This document shows positions 47,601 to 57,281 of a DNA stretch of 64,000 nt, piece by piece. This stretch comes from Verrucomicrobiota bacterium. GTDB lineage: Bacteria > Verrucomicrobiota > Verrucomicrobiia > Limisphaerales > UBA8199. Position 1 is the first letter of the stretch; each line of letters opens with the position of its first letter. Location of the stretch: assembly GCA_049518415.1 (NCBI GenBank), contig JBEKRX010000027.1, positions 4,167-68,166 on the forward strand, read 5' to 3'. Below the pieces are notes generated by a model that was given only the letters and a program-made list of their open reading frames with translations, ran no database searches and had not been told where the DNA came from. Position numbers and translations under genes: made by a program.

Positions 47601-48819
47601 AAAGCTCGCCATAAGGCGTCAACGTGGCGTTGTCGGGCATGAAAGTGTCACCCCGGTGACCGTTGCCATCCCACGGGTTGGGGGACGGGGTGCCGCTGAA
47701 GAAGAAGAGGGAATAGCGCTTGAACCAGACCCGGTCTTCGGCCTGCCAGAGGAACTCAGCCAGGAAACGATAGTTGTCCTGCTCCGTCCAGGTGGCGGTG
47801 CCGGCCCAGTCGACCGTGGAAAATTCGGTGAGCCACACGCCGCGTCCCCAAGTGTTATACACACTCACCAGTTCGCTCATAAGCCCGCTGGCGCTGGGAT
47901 TGGCATACCAATGAACCGCGGTAAAATCCACCCGGTAGCCATGAGCGGCGATCTTCGTGTAAAAGTCGCCCAGCCAGCCGCCGAAGGGGTTGACGGGGGC
48001 GGGGCTGACGAGGGGCAAGTTCATGGACTGGAGTTGCGGCCAGAGAGCGATGGCCTGGGCGGTCGTCATATTTGCCTGCGCCGAGCCGTCCGGCTCGTTG
48101 AAGCCGAGGATATAGATGGGCTTTTCAGTCGAGTGCCAGGCGGCATAAGGCGACCTGTCCACGTTCCAGTTGCCCCATTGCATCGGCTCGAAGACGACTG
48201 ACGCCGGCAGGGGCACGCTGGTGCCCCAGGCCCAGTTGTAGAGCCAGTTGGCGCCGAACTGCGCCCAGTCCGCATCCCAGCCGGCGAGGCCCTTTTTCGG
48301 ATAATGCGTCTGGTAGGCGAACTGCCAGTATTGGAACGGGCTGGAGTTGGTGGCCGCCAGCGTGACGTGGGCCGGCGTGCCGTTATCGGTCTGGAGGGCG
48401 AGGCCGCTGAGCGCATTGACAATACGAAAATAACCCCCGCCCACATCCACGAAGTTCCATTGTTGCCAGGCCGCCCCGGTGTAGCTGGGAACAGTGACGA
48501 CCGGCGTGCCCGGGGCGGTGGCGCCGTTCCGGGCTCCGATGCAGAGCCAACTATCGTGGTTGCGCAGGCGGAAGGTGGCGTTCTGGTTATTGTAGAGGAG
48601 TTCAAACTGCTGCTGGGCGGCGGCGGTGCCCGTCACGGCCTGGCTGGCCCCGTTACTATTGACGGTGAGCGTATTCCCATTCGCCTGATTGACGATGGTC
48701 CAGAAGCCGTCGCCGTAAGTGTCGAATTGGAAGGCCGGGGCGGAGGCAGCACTCGCGAACCACGTCCAGAGCAGCAGGAGCAGGCGCAAGCGGATTCGGA
48801 AACAAGGTCGCAGACGCAC
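44671..48819 (-). CDS. 1382-aa secreted multidomain glycoside hydrolase (ricin-B lectin, Glyco_hydro_cc-type catalytic core, second ricin-like domain, FN3, 2x LamG, C-terminal concanavalin-like domain and tail)
   Basis: Signal peptide is present. QxW motifs (QQWNF, FQYWQF). Catalytic-core pattern NWLYNWAWG...EPMQWG...ILGFNEPD...VDFTAVHWY...VWLTEFS. FN3 region VTLRWTGSAAHYCVYRS. Two LamG modules end in LDEVRLYN and LDDVRLYN. Confidence 0.8.
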   Translation of the reverse strand: MRLRPCFRIRLRLLLLLWTWFASAASAPAFQFDTYGDGFWTIVNQANGNTLTVNSNGASQAVTGTAAAQQQFELLYNNQNATFRLRNHDSWLCIGARNGATAPGTPVVTVPSYTGAAWQQWNFVDVGGGYFRIVNALSGLALQTDNGTPAHVTLAATNSSPFQYWQFAYQTHYPKKGLAGWDADWAQFGANWLYNWAWGTSVPLPASVVFEPMQWGNWNVDRSPYAAWHSTEKPIYILGFNEPDGSAQANMTTAQAIALWPQLQSMNLPLVSPAPVNPFGGWLGDFYTKIAAHGYRVDFTAVHWYANPSASGLMSELVSVYNTWGRGVWLTEFSTVDWAGTATWTEQDNYRFLAEFLWQAEDRVWFKRYSLFFFSGTPSPNPWDGNGHRGDTFMPDNATLTPYGELYAAWDADRTLQTQTPYFIHNCATCFRLTSARDATGPAASSIRHGDAATQWALVAAPAQSHYYLVSLADGRRLRYSGGLLDLASAGTAGAALEWSFNGPDSNGYYFLDNPNGGVSLSGAGSPPAISFTAVASGSPSDNTRWRLVKPCFPVSVTPPAAPTNLSATPSDRSVTLRWTGSAAHYCVYRSLTSGGPYTRIVSDLSRSLFTDNTVSDGGTCYYVVTAMDGLEDESPYSAEAAAQPLSGLGTGLVAEYKFENTAQDGSGNGFHGTLHGVTGFCAGRVDSTAIAFTGGDDSYVEIPNPLGNDFSIAFWVNTTATGRTGQWWAGAGLVDGKVPGLTNDFGMSLLGTKAAFGIGNPDTTITSTTAINDGHWHHVAATRSGASGAMWLYVDGALQASATASTATRSTPVSLRLGSLQSGVNYFNGSLDEVRLYNCLLSPAQVTQLANVGATLVANYAFEGDALDSSGFANHGSAGHNVTYVPGKVGAQAAQFDGVSGCVQIPASVASDFSLAFWVQTTATGATGQWWAGKGLVDGEVPGAAADFGTSLLGSKAAFGIGNPDTTITSATAINDGQWHHVAATRNNSPGAMKLYVDGVLQASRTGPTGTRSAPPALRIGSIQAGYPGGFFSGALDDVRLYNYELNASQVAALFNPQPLPSPWQEADIGSPGSAGYANYASATQRWTLGGSGSDIGSTADQFHYAYQTFPGPGTIVAQVISAAIDSDGTTNANAKAGIMFRDSASSSAPFVALVHDQTQGLQMLYRDSTGVAAGQQGPVVPLNPPVWLKLVRDNAAFTACYATTAGTPSTANWVALATHNTTMAANALVGLVACAHDNTKLASATSAAVAVTTPADDWRLLWFGATTNAGIAADGADPAGDGIVNVLKRFLNLDPTVPAPRSAWPTGSLAGPNFALTYTRSLAATDLRFQVQWSSDLANWSSNNINDTAVSTNGTTQLRVGSLPARTANPLFLRLLVIAP

Positions 48820-48931
48820 TCTAGCCCTTTATTCGGACGGGAAGGTTTCGTCAAGCCTAGAGGGTGCAGAAATTCATCCGCCCGCATCGCGTTTTCGCCT
48901 GGCACCAACACGCAGGGCTGGAGCTCTGCGC

Positions 48932-51037
48932 TTAGGGCTTGGCCGGCGTTGGTGACACCCCGACCTGTCGGAAATGGCGCACGAGACGCTTCTTGCCGGT
49001 CTGGTCCTGGGCCTCGAGGACGATTGTACCTTCCGATGAAGGGGAGAGTTGCGCCAGGAACAGGCCGTCGGCGGCCACGGGCACGGGTTGGCCGTTGATG
49101 GTGATGAGCGTCCCCGGGGCAGCCCAGCCATGGGCGTCAATGGCGCAGCCCGTGGCCACGGGTGAGTGTTCGAGGGGGTTGGTTTGGAGGAGGACGCGCG
49201 GGGACTGCTCCAAGGCGAGCACCTCTTCAATGGCCTGACGCCGGGCATGGTAAAGCACCTCGGGGTCCCTGGTATAATCGTAATAGGCAGCGATGACTTG
49301 GGAGGCAATTTCAACGCCGCGCCGGCGAGGGTCGATCAGGGCGGCGACGCGTCCATTGAGGGTTGCTTTTATCCGGGCAATGTTGTTTTCGAGCAGCCAG
49401 AGGCATTCGTAGTCTTGGAGGCCATTGCGCATCTGCTCCCAGCGGAGGGAATTGAGGAGGCCGTCCTGCTTGGGATAGACCTGCCAGCCATCGCCCCGGT
49501 GTTCGCCCGGGGCGTTGATGGGGTCGTCGGTCCAGGCATTAAAGCCCCAATGCAAATAGCCCCGGAGAGCGAAGCGATAGTTCAGCCAATGGAGCAGGCG
49601 GGTTTCAATGAGGGGGACATCGACGGTCTTGTTGGGCAGGGAACCGCCCTGGAAGATGCCGACGGTGTAGAACCAGAGTTCGTTGGCCTGGCGCTGGGCT
49701 TGCTCATAGGCCTCGTGCCAGGTAGCGAGGTGATCCAGCTTGGGGACCCAGACTTCGAGCGCTCCCAAGCAGTGTGGGGTCTCAATGGCGTCAATCCGGC
49801 GCAACTCCGGGGCGTGGCGGTGGAGGAAATCGGCGGCGTTTCGCCAGGCCATAATATTGTGGTTGGAGGGCTCGTCAGCGATATGGAAGACGGTTTTTGC
49901 GAGCCAGCCTTTTGCGCGCAGATGGCTGACGAAAGCCGGGAGGAATTGGGGGAGGAAGTCCTGGCCGGGGAGCGAGGCGCGGCGGCCGGTCAAGGCGTCC
50001 CGCACCGGGAAGTCGGAGAGTTCAACCTGGCTGCCGGACCAACCGCCTGGGCCGAAGCGGGCAATGAAACCGGTCTCGAGCAAATCCATGCGGGCGGTGT
50101 CCCAGAAGACCTGGGCCGACTGGTCGAAGCGGGAAAAATCGAATTCGAGCTGGCGAGCAGCGGTGCGGCGGGACTCGACCAATTCCAAGCCGAGGCGGAA
50201 CACATTCTGGCGGTGCTCGGCCATGTTGTCGGCATAGACTTTGAGCAGGCGGTAGAAGCGCTGGTCATCGGCGGGAGCCAGTTTGTGGTGCTTGGCGAAC
50301 TCGGAAGTTGAGAACCACTCGGTGACCAGGAGATGACGTTGTTGCGGCAGGGTGAGGGGATAAACCTCGAGGACCAACGGCAAGGAGACGCTGGCGGCGC
50401 CGGCGGTGGCGGTGAGGGCGGTCCGATACTCGCCCGGCGGCGCCTGTGGAGGGATGTGGAGAGTAAGATAGACGGCCTTACGGGTTCCTTTGCGGATTGA
50501 GCACCGAGGCTCGTCGCTGAGGTAGTCGGGGAACCATGCGGGGGCGGGGCGCAGCAGGCCGCTCTTTTGCCGGTTGGGCGAGTTCTTCTCAATGAAGATG
50601 CTGCCGACGAAATTCCAGTGGACGTTTTGTTCAGGAATGACGGCCGAGCCATCGGCCTGCCGGAGGGCGCCCACCGAAAGGGTCAGGTCTTCCAAATCGT
50701 CATGCGCCAGGAGCACGCATTGGGCGGAGACGGTTTCATCGCGCAGGCCAAACAGGCGGAGGGTCGTGAGCCGGGGTTCGGGTGGTCCGTTGCCGTCTTC
50801 GAAGACGCGGACGAGGTCGCTGGTGGCGAAGCAATCGAAGGTGGGGGAGGCGGCCGCGAGGGCCAGCCAAGGTTTCAGCATCAGGGAGCATCCCAGGAGC
50901 AGAGACAGCCCTTTGCCTGGGCCGAGGCAGGCCCCGGCGGCAGCCAAGGGGCTGCGGGTTTGCGGCTGCGCTCGTGGAAGAAAATAGCGTGGGGTTAGGG
51001 CGGCCTGTTCTTGCGGAAGTCGCTGGGATGGATTCAT
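48932..51037 (-). CDS. DUF4091 domain protein (GH123-related glycan hydrolase-like)
   Basis: C-terminal pattern YLHWGFNAW...RGDGWQVYP...LNSLRWEQMRNGLQDYECLWLL. The start is uncertain (51037 or 50881). Confidence 0.65.
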   Translation of the reverse strand: MNPSQRLPQEQAALTPRYFLPRAQPQTRSPLAAAGACLGPGKGLSLLLGCSLMLKPWLALAAASPTFDCFATSDLVRVFEDGNGPPEPRLTTLRLFGLRDETVSAQCVLLAHDDLEDLTLSVGALRQADGSAVIPEQNVHWNFVGSIFIEKNSPNRQKSGLLRPAPAWFPDYLSDEPRCSIRKGTRKAVYLTLHIPPQAPPGEYRTALTATAGAASVSLPLVLEVYPLTLPQQRHLLVTEWFSTSEFAKHHKLAPADDQRFYRLLKVYADNMAEHRQNVFRLGLELVESRRTAARQLEFDFSRFDQSAQVFWDTARMDLLETGFIARFGPGGWSGSQVELSDFPVRDALTGRRASLPGQDFLPQFLPAFVSHLRAKGWLAKTVFHIADEPSNHNIMAWRNAADFLHRHAPELRRIDAIETPHCLGALEVWVPKLDHLATWHEAYEQAQRQANELWFYTVGIFQGGSLPNKTVDVPLIETRLLHWLNYRFALRGYLHWGFNAWTDDPINAPGEHRGDGWQVYPKQDGLLNSLRWEQMRNGLQDYECLWLLENNIARIKATLNGRVAALIDPRRRGVEIASQVIAAYYDYTRDPEVLYHARRQAIEEVLALEQSPRVLLQTNPLEHSPVATGCAIDAHGWAAPGTLITINGQPVPVAADGLFLAQLSPSSEGTIVLEAQDQTGKKRLVRHFRQVGVSPTPAKP

Positions 51038-51243
51038 AACGCGATCCGGCCCATGCGAACGGGGAAAACCGGTTTTGTCAAAGGAAAAACCACCTGGTAG
51101 TTGGAGGCCGGGGCCAGGTGATAGCGAAGTCCCAGGAGGGCGCGCGGTCACAGGCATTGACGCGCCTCATGGCAGGAGGCTGCCATTGATGCTGAGGGGG
51201 GCAGTGTCTCGGAATTCCAGGTCGCTCTTCTTTCTGGACGTTA

Positions 51244-52443
51244 TTACCATCGCTTTTTGCTCGCCCACCACGCGAGGGCCAGCAGCCCCACGGACACCAT
51301 GAGGACCGCCAGGCCGCCCATGAAGAGCAGCAGTCGGCGCGAGACTGAGGCGGTTTGGGAGGAAACGGGGAGCGGGGCGGCTTGGGCGCGCGATTGGGCG
51401 GCGCCAGTTGTGTTTTCCAAATGGCTGGCAAGCGGGGTTTGCCGCGCAGTTGAACTGGCCGCCCCAGGCAAGGCAGCCTGATACCCCGCCGGCACGGCGG
51501 TCGCGGGAGCGCGCCGGCCCATGATGCGGCCCGCCTCGAGCTTGACCAGCGGGCTTTCGGGGTCAAAGCCCAAAGCCCGGGCCACTTGCGCGTGGACTTT
51601 CTCATCCCAGCGGACCGGGAGGCGCGTGCCCAGGGTCCAGGAGATATCCAAGCCGCATTCGCAATCGGCGCCAATGATGGAAAGGATGCCAGTGAGGTTG
51701 GGTTCGGAGATTTCTTCGCCCATCATCAACGGGCCGAGCCAACGGGCTTTGCCGTAAAGCAGGGCGGCGCGCGGCTGGGGCGCAGCGGTGGGGCCGAGGC
51801 CCAGACTCCAGAGCAGCACCTTTTCGCGGGCGAGTGAGTCGGCCTTCAGCACGATGAGCGCGGGAGGCTCGGCGATGGCCTTGGGCAGCCCTTTCATTTG
51901 GGCGCGGATTTGGTCAATGGCCTGGGCGATGGCGGCGCGGGCGCGGCGATTCCCAGCGGCGCTTTCGCCCTCAATGAGCAGCACCGCGGCAAAGGCCCGA
52001 CTGACGGCGCGCAGAATCTCCTGGCGCTTGGGCGAGGCAGCGAGGTCCTCGAGCGCGGAGCGAAAAGTGTCCCCGAACAGTTGGCCGGGTTTGGAAAGCG
52101 TGACCGGCATCGCCTGACCATCGGGCGAGACGAGCACCGCGGCGGGAGAGGACCTCGGGGCGAGCCGCTTGAAGTGCTGCATGGCCGGGTGGTTGGTTTG
52201 TCGGTCGGCGTTAACCAATTCGAGCCGGATGTTGGACTCGCCGAGAGCCGTGCGCGCCGCCGCTGTCAACTGGGAGACGGTCTGGGCCGGAGTATCGTTG
52301 CGAACGCAGCAAAAGAGTGTGTAGGCCTCGTCGCCGAGGTCAACAAAGCCGAGGTCGCGCACGTTGTATTTGCAGGCGAGCAGGCCAAGGGGTTGGAGGC
52401 AACTCCAGAGGCAGAAGCACAGGACCGCGGTTCGCAGTTTCAT
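51244..52443 (-). CDS. Hypothetical protein with a signal peptide and a C-terminal TM anchor
   Basis: MKLRTAVLCFCLWSCLQPLGLLAC at the N-terminus and LLLFMGGLAVLMVSVGLLALAWW at the C-terminus. I recognise no family. Confidence 0.6.
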   Translation of the reverse strand: MKLRTAVLCFCLWSCLQPLGLLACKYNVRDLGFVDLGDEAYTLFCCVRNDTPAQTVSQLTAAARTALGESNIRLELVNADRQTNHPAMQHFKRLAPRSSPAAVLVSPDGQAMPVTLSKPGQLFGDTFRSALEDLAASPKRQEILRAVSRAFAAVLLIEGESAAGNRRARAAIAQAIDQIRAQMKGLPKAIAEPPALIVLKADSLAREKVLLWSLGLGPTAAPQPRAALLYGKARWLGPLMMGEEISEPNLTGILSIIGADCECGLDISWTLGTRLPVRWDEKVHAQVARALGFDPESPLVKLEAGRIMGRRAPATAVPAGYQAALPGAASSTARQTPLASHLENTTGAAQSRAQAAPLPVSSQTASVSRRLLLFMGGLAVLMVSVGLLALAWWASKKRW

Positions 52444-52499
52444 GGAGATGAAATCGCATTACGCATTTCGGGTCGGGGAGATGATGGTTGATTTGGGCT

Positions 52500-55400
52500 T
52501 CAACCGAAGCAGAGGACGTGGCCGTTCTCCAGCGTGAGGATGATGCGGCCGTGGCGGTCGACGGCCAGGCCCCAAGGGACCGGGGCAGCCGGCAAGGGGT
52601 GGGTCCAGAGCTGCTGGCCGGTTTGGAGGTCGAGGAGGAGGACTTGCGAGGCGGTGGCAATCACGACGGCATTGCTGCACAGCGCCAGGGCAACGCTGCC
52701 TGGACAATCGTTTTCCCAAACCGGTTTGAGTCCGGGGATTTCCAGTTTTCCCCAGGCGCGCAGGACACGCTGGCGCTGGTCGTCGGCCAAACGGTCAAAG
52801 GCAGTCAGTTTCGCATTGTTGACCCAGGCCAGTTCGCGGTCACCCAGGGAGGCGAGCAGGGTTTTGTTGAACACGGAGGCATCGTAAACCGGGTACTTCG
52901 GATGCGAATAGAACGGTTTGCCGCTGACCATGACGCGGTTGGCGATTTGGTACAACTCCCAGCCGCGCGGGCAGTCGGCCCCCGGGAGGTTGTTGTTGTG
53001 GAGGCGGCGCAAGAGCTCGGGATCGTTGAGACACTTCCCGTCTTTGAGGTCATAGACAGCCGGTGAGACAGCGTTGCCGCCGGCGAGAAAGAGTTTTCCT
53101 TCGTGAAGAAGCATGTGGCCCTGGACACTGACGCCACTGCGCGCCTGGGGGTCCAGATGACCGGAGGTGTTATTCTGCCACTTGAGCTGGCCGGTGAGGG
53201 CGTCGAGCGCATAGACGTGGGTGCCGTCGTAATTGACGATGCCGGCGGCGACGTAAGCGATGCCATCGGCGACCAGGACACCGCTGGCCGCCGGCCAGGT
53301 GGAGAGGAGTTGCCCATAGACCGGGATGCGGCGCTCGGCCGGGGCAGCGCGGAAGCGCCAAAGCAAGGCGCCGGTGCGGGCGGCGAAGGCATAGACCCAG
53401 CCGTCGCCCGACCCGACCAAGGCGCGTCCCTTCCAGAGCGTCGGGGGAAAGCGAATGGCGCCACCCGTGTAGGCCTGCCAAAGGGGCTTGCCGGTGGCGG
53501 CGTCCAGGGCGCGGACGATGCCGTCGGAACCGCAAAGGAAGGCCAGGTCGTCGACGGCGGTGGGAGGGCTGGGGGTGATCTCGGCAGGCAAGACCAGGCG
53601 CCAGATTTGGCGGCTGGTTTCGGGAACCACGGCGGCGGAGGTTACGGAGCCAGAGTTGTTGGCGCGGAACGTGGGCCAATCCGCGGGCGAGTCGGGCAAA
53701 TCGGGCAGGGCGGCCTCAGGGACGGCGGTTGGTTCGAGGCGGAGGGCGTCGGTGGCGGGCTGAGCGAAGTCGAAGTTGCCCGCGGGACCAAGGCAAGTGA
53801 TACCATAAAGGGTCAGGTCGCAGTCGCAGACCGAAGGCCACCAATAAAGCAGGCCGTTGGCAATGGTCACGCCGTCCTGACACTGGGCGCGCATGGGGGA
53901 GACCAATTCGGGCTGAGTCTTGGTCAGGTCCAGCCGCGTGGAGCCTTCTTCGGCGCGGCAGAAGATGGCGTCAATCGAGCCGGTTGGGCGAGTGCAGGCG
54001 CGGCGGCCCAGTTTGATCTCGGCGAGGACCGCGCCGGTGAGCGGATTGAACTTGCGGCTGACCTCCTTGTCGATTTGCCCGCTGATGCCATAGAGGGCGT
54101 CGCCCTGGAGGACCAACTGATAGTTGTCATAGGGATGCTGCCAAAGGAGGCGGCCAGTTTCGGCCGAGACGGCGATGAGTTTGCTGATGGTGGGGCCGGA
54201 GAAGAACAGGGCCTGGTCGCTGCATTTGAGGTAGGCGGTGGTGCGCCAGTTGGTGCGCCAATCCTGTCGCGGCAAAGTGGGCCCGAGGGCGGCGAAGAGG
54301 GCGGGGGCGTTTTCCTGGGTCTGGCGCCAGAGTGTCTGGCCGGTCCTGGCGTCCAGGCAGGCGAGGTATGCCCCATGGCGGAAGATGAAGAGGCGTCCCT
54401 TGGCCATGCAGATGGCGCGGCTGTCGATCGGCTCGGCTTCTGGATGGCGCCAGAGGACGCGCTTGGTTTTGGGTTCGATGGCCAGCACGGTTCGCCCGAA
54501 TCCCCAGGTATGCTCGGGCCGGTTGAAGCCTGGCGAGAGTGGGTCCCAGGGCCAGCCGTGCTTGTCGCTGCGCAAACGGATGACTGGGTCGCGCTGCTCC
54601 TGCTCGCCAATGAGGGCATAGAGGAGGCCGTCTTCCAGGGCCATCCACTTCCAGAAGGTTCCGCCGGCGATGTCCTCGGGCGGGGCGATTTCATCGCGGA
54701 GGTCACCGGTGGCGGGGTCGAGGACCTTGCAGGAGTGGTCATCGCCGAAGTAAAGCGCGGTGGGGGTGGCGATGAGGGTGCTGCGATGGACCATGAGGGC
54801 CTCCGGAATGCTCCGGCGCCAGAGGAGGGTGCCGTTGTAGCCGTTGAAGGCAGCGAGAGTGTTGAGCCAGGGTTCTTCCCGCTCCTTGAAGGCGATATGG
54901 CCGAAGGCCTTGAAGACGCGGCCGGCCGAGGCGACGGCGAGCTGTGGCAGCGGGGCATAGCGAGGCTCGGCTAAAAACTGGGTCAGGTAAGGCGCGCGCG
55001 CGAGCCGGTCGCGCGAAACCGGGTTGTTGTCCGGCCCATGGTAGGGATGACTCCAATCCTCCGCCCCGGCCGGCAAGGGCTTAACCAATTCCTTCTGGTC
55101 CAGGATGGCCTTGCCCTGCGGACGCAACACGCGGAGGGCCTCGGTTTCCGGCATCGTGGCGGCCTCGCCCACCGCCAGCAGCGCGTCGGCCACGTTGTCA
55201 GCCAGGTGCAGTTTGGCGAGCGGGCCTTGGTCGATATAGATGCGCTTGCCATAGAAACCCGCCTCCTCAGTCAGGCGCCGGGCGGCTTGGAGGTCGTCGC
55301 GGGGCGCCATTTGCACGTAGATGAGGAGTTCGGTTTCGCGGGCCAACTGCAAAGCGAGTTGAGGCCGGCGCTCGCCCAGCACGACGGCGAGGCCGCGCGA

Positions 55401-55544
55401 GACGCCGATTTGGCGCAGGAGGGGAGCGGCTTGGGGTTTGGCGGATTGTCCGGCGGGGTCAGGCGTCTGCGCGGCGGCCTGGGAGAGGAGGGCGATACCG
55501 AGCAGTTTCAGGAAGGATTTCGGCGCTGGACTCGAGGGTCTCAT
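52500..55544 (-). CDS. 1014-aa PQQ-like beta-propeller repeat protein with a methyltransferase-like N-terminal module
   Basis: Signal peptide, then GLAVVLGERRPQLALQLARETELLIYVQ (Rossmann-like), then many propeller repeats (G..LW.., DG..Y......L.ALD..TG..LW). Confidence 0.75.
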   Translation of the reverse strand: MRPSSPAPKSFLKLLGIALLSQAAAQTPDPAGQSAKPQAAPLLRQIGVSRGLAVVLGERRPQLALQLARETELLIYVQMAPRDDLQAARRLTEEAGFYGKRIYIDQGPLAKLHLADNVADALLAVGEAATMPETEALRVLRPQGKAILDQKELVKPLPAGAEDWSHPYHGPDNNPVSRDRLARAPYLTQFLAEPRYAPLPQLAVASAGRVFKAFGHIAFKEREEPWLNTLAAFNGYNGTLLWRRSIPEALMVHRSTLIATPTALYFGDDHSCKVLDPATGDLRDEIAPPEDIAGGTFWKWMALEDGLLYALIGEQEQRDPVIRLRSDKHGWPWDPLSPGFNRPEHTWGFGRTVLAIEPKTKRVLWRHPEAEPIDSRAICMAKGRLFIFRHGAYLACLDARTGQTLWRQTQENAPALFAALGPTLPRQDWRTNWRTTAYLKCSDQALFFSGPTISKLIAVSAETGRLLWQHPYDNYQLVLQGDALYGISGQIDKEVSRKFNPLTGAVLAEIKLGRRACTRPTGSIDAIFCRAEEGSTRLDLTKTQPELVSPMRAQCQDGVTIANGLLYWWPSVCDCDLTLYGITCLGPAGNFDFAQPATDALRLEPTAVPEAALPDLPDSPADWPTFRANNSGSVTSAAVVPETSRQIWRLVLPAEITPSPPTAVDDLAFLCGSDGIVRALDAATGKPLWQAYTGGAIRFPPTLWKGRALVGSGDGWVYAFAARTGALLWRFRAAPAERRIPVYGQLLSTWPAASGVLVADGIAYVAAGIVNYDGTHVYALDALTGQLKWQNNTSGHLDPQARSGVSVQGHMLLHEGKLFLAGGNAVSPAVYDLKDGKCLNDPELLRRLHNNNLPGADCPRGWELYQIANRVMVSGKPFYSHPKYPVYDASVFNKTLLASLGDRELAWVNNAKLTAFDRLADDQRQRVLRAWGKLEIPGLKPVWENDCPGSVALALCSNAVVIATASQVLLLDLQTGQQLWTHPLPAAPVPWGLAVDRHGRIILTLENGHVLCFG

Positions 55545-55751
55545 AGCTCATTGGAATTAGTCTCGTAACCTGCGCTCCAACCGGGGTGGTCCCCGGGTCG
55601 AAACGCGGGTGCAAATTCGGGGGCCATCTTGCCCAGGGGCGCCGGCCTAAGCAAGCCTTATCTGATTGGTCAAGATGGGGCATGGAGCGGTGGAGTGGTG
55701 GAGCGGGGTGGCGGCGGTTCAGCTTGGGGGGCGCGGCGGCAAAGTCCTTGA

Positions 55752-57281
55752 GTGGTGAGCGCCGGCGGCGTATCCTCTGCCGGTGTGAACTCGGCACTAA
55801 AGGTCTTCTTGCTCTCATTGTTGGCGGGGGGCGCGCTGGTGCTGTTGCTGTACTGGCACCCCGGCGAAGGGCGGCGGGGCCAAACCACAGGGCCGTTGCT
55901 GGTCTATTGTGCCGCCGGCCTCAAGCCGCCCGTCGAGGCGGTGGCCCGCCAATACGAAAAAGAGTGCGGGGTGGCGGTCCAACTTCAGTATGGCGGCTCC
56001 GGCACGTTGCTGAGCAACCTCCGCGTGGCCGCGCGGGGCGACGTGTTTCTCGCCGGCGATGAGAGTTATATCGAGCTGGCCCGCTCGAACGGACTGGTGG
56101 TCGAATCGATCCCAATCGGGCGAATGGGATTGGTGGTGGCGGTGCGCAGGGGTAATCCGAAGGGGGTCCATTCGCTGGGGGACCTGGTGCGGGCCGACGT
56201 AAGGCTGGCGCTGGGCAACCCGGATGCGGCGGCGGTGGGGAAGCTTGGGCGGGAACTGCTGGAGCAAACCGGGGACTGGGCGGCCATCGAAGCGCGGGCC
56301 AAGGTTTTCAAGCCCACGGTCAATGATTTGGCCAACGACGTGAAGCTCGGGGCGGCGGACGCTGCGCTGGTGTGGGACGCGACGGTGAGCGCCTATCCGG
56401 AACTGGAGGCGGTGAAATTCCCGCCCATTGATCGTGGCGAGCAGCGGGTCACGCTGGGTGTGCTCCGGTGCAGCCGGCAGCCAACGGCAGCGCTGCACTT
56501 CGCCCGTTATCTCACGGCCGGCGACCGGGGCCTGGGGGAGTTCAGACGGGCCGGCTACCGGGTGACTGAGGGGGATGTGTGGGCGGAGCGGCCGGAAGTG
56601 CTGCTCTACAGCGGGGGCGTGAATCGCCTGGCGGTGGAAGACACGATTCGGCAATTTGAAGAGCGCGAAGGCGTCAAGGTCACCCGCGTCTATAACGGTT
56701 GCGGCATCCTCGTGTCGCAAATCAAAGCGGGCCAGCGCCCGGATGCTTACCTGGCGTGCGATGTGTCGTTCCTGACCCCGGTAGCAGAGTTTTTCGGGGA
56801 GCCGGTGGAAATTTCCGAGACCGCCATGGTGCTGCTCGTGGCCAAGGGAAACCCGCGGCAGATACGATCGCTGGCAGACCTGGCGCAGCCCGGGCTGCGT
56901 CTGGGGGTGGCCAACGCGCGGCAGAGCACCCTGGGAGACCTGACGGCGAAGCTGCTGCGGGGAGCGCAGCTCTTCGAGGCGGTGATGGCGAACGTCAAGA
57001 CGCAGACGCCGACCGCCGATCTGCTGGTCAACGAGATTCGCACCGGGGCGCTGGACGCGGTGGTCGTCTATGCGGCCAATACCAGCCAGGTGCGGGGGGT
57101 GCTCGAGATGGTGCCGTTGAATCTGGCAGGGGCGAAAGCCGTTCAGCCCTACGCGGTGGGAAAGAACTCCGGGCACCGGTTGCTGATGGAACGTCTGCGG
57201 GCGGCGCTTCAATCCGAGGAGTCACGCCGGCGGTATGAAGGGCTGGGCTTCCAGTGGCGCGGCGCGAAGCCCTCACCGTGA
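55752..57281 (+). CDS. modA: Molybdate-type ABC substrate-binding protein, tandem double PBP domain
   Basis: The first half has LLVYCAAGLKPPVEAVARQYEKE..QLQYGGSGTLLSNL. The second half is a second type-2 periplasmic binding-protein module (LLYSGGVNRLAVEDTIRQFEE). A GTG at 55785 is an alternative start. Confidence 0.75.
   Translation: MVSAGGVSSAGVNSALKVFLLSLLAGGALVLLLYWHPGEGRRGQTTGPLLVYCAAGLKPPVEAVARQYEKECGVAVQLQYGGSGTLLSNLRVAARGDVFLAGDESYIELARSNGLVVESIPIGRMGLVVAVRRGNPKGVHSLGDLVRADVRLALGNPDAAAVGKLGRELLEQTGDWAAIEARAKVFKPTVNDLANDVKLGAADAALVWDATVSAYPELEAVKFPPIDRGEQRVTLGVLRCSRQPTAALHFARYLTAGDRGLGEFRRAGYRVTEGDVWAERPEVLLYSGGVNRLAVEDTIRQFEEREGVKVTRVYNGCGILVSQIKAGQRPDAYLACDVSFLTPVAEFFGEPVEISETAMVLLVAKGNPRQIRSLADLAQPGLRLGVANARQSTLGDLTAKLLRGAQLFEAVMANVKTQTPTADLLVNEIRTGALDAVVVYAANTSQVRGVLEMVPLNLAGAKAVQPYAVGKNSGHRLLMERLRAALQSEESRRRYEGLGFQWRGAKPSP

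Noticed and set aside
55545-55751. Possible Moco riboswitch upstream of modA.
   Set aside because: I looked for one because of the molybdenum context, but could not recognise the conserved Moco-motif elements by eye. Only a small CCGGGG-TGGT-CCCCGG hairpin is visible. An Infernal/Rfam scan is needed before any claim.
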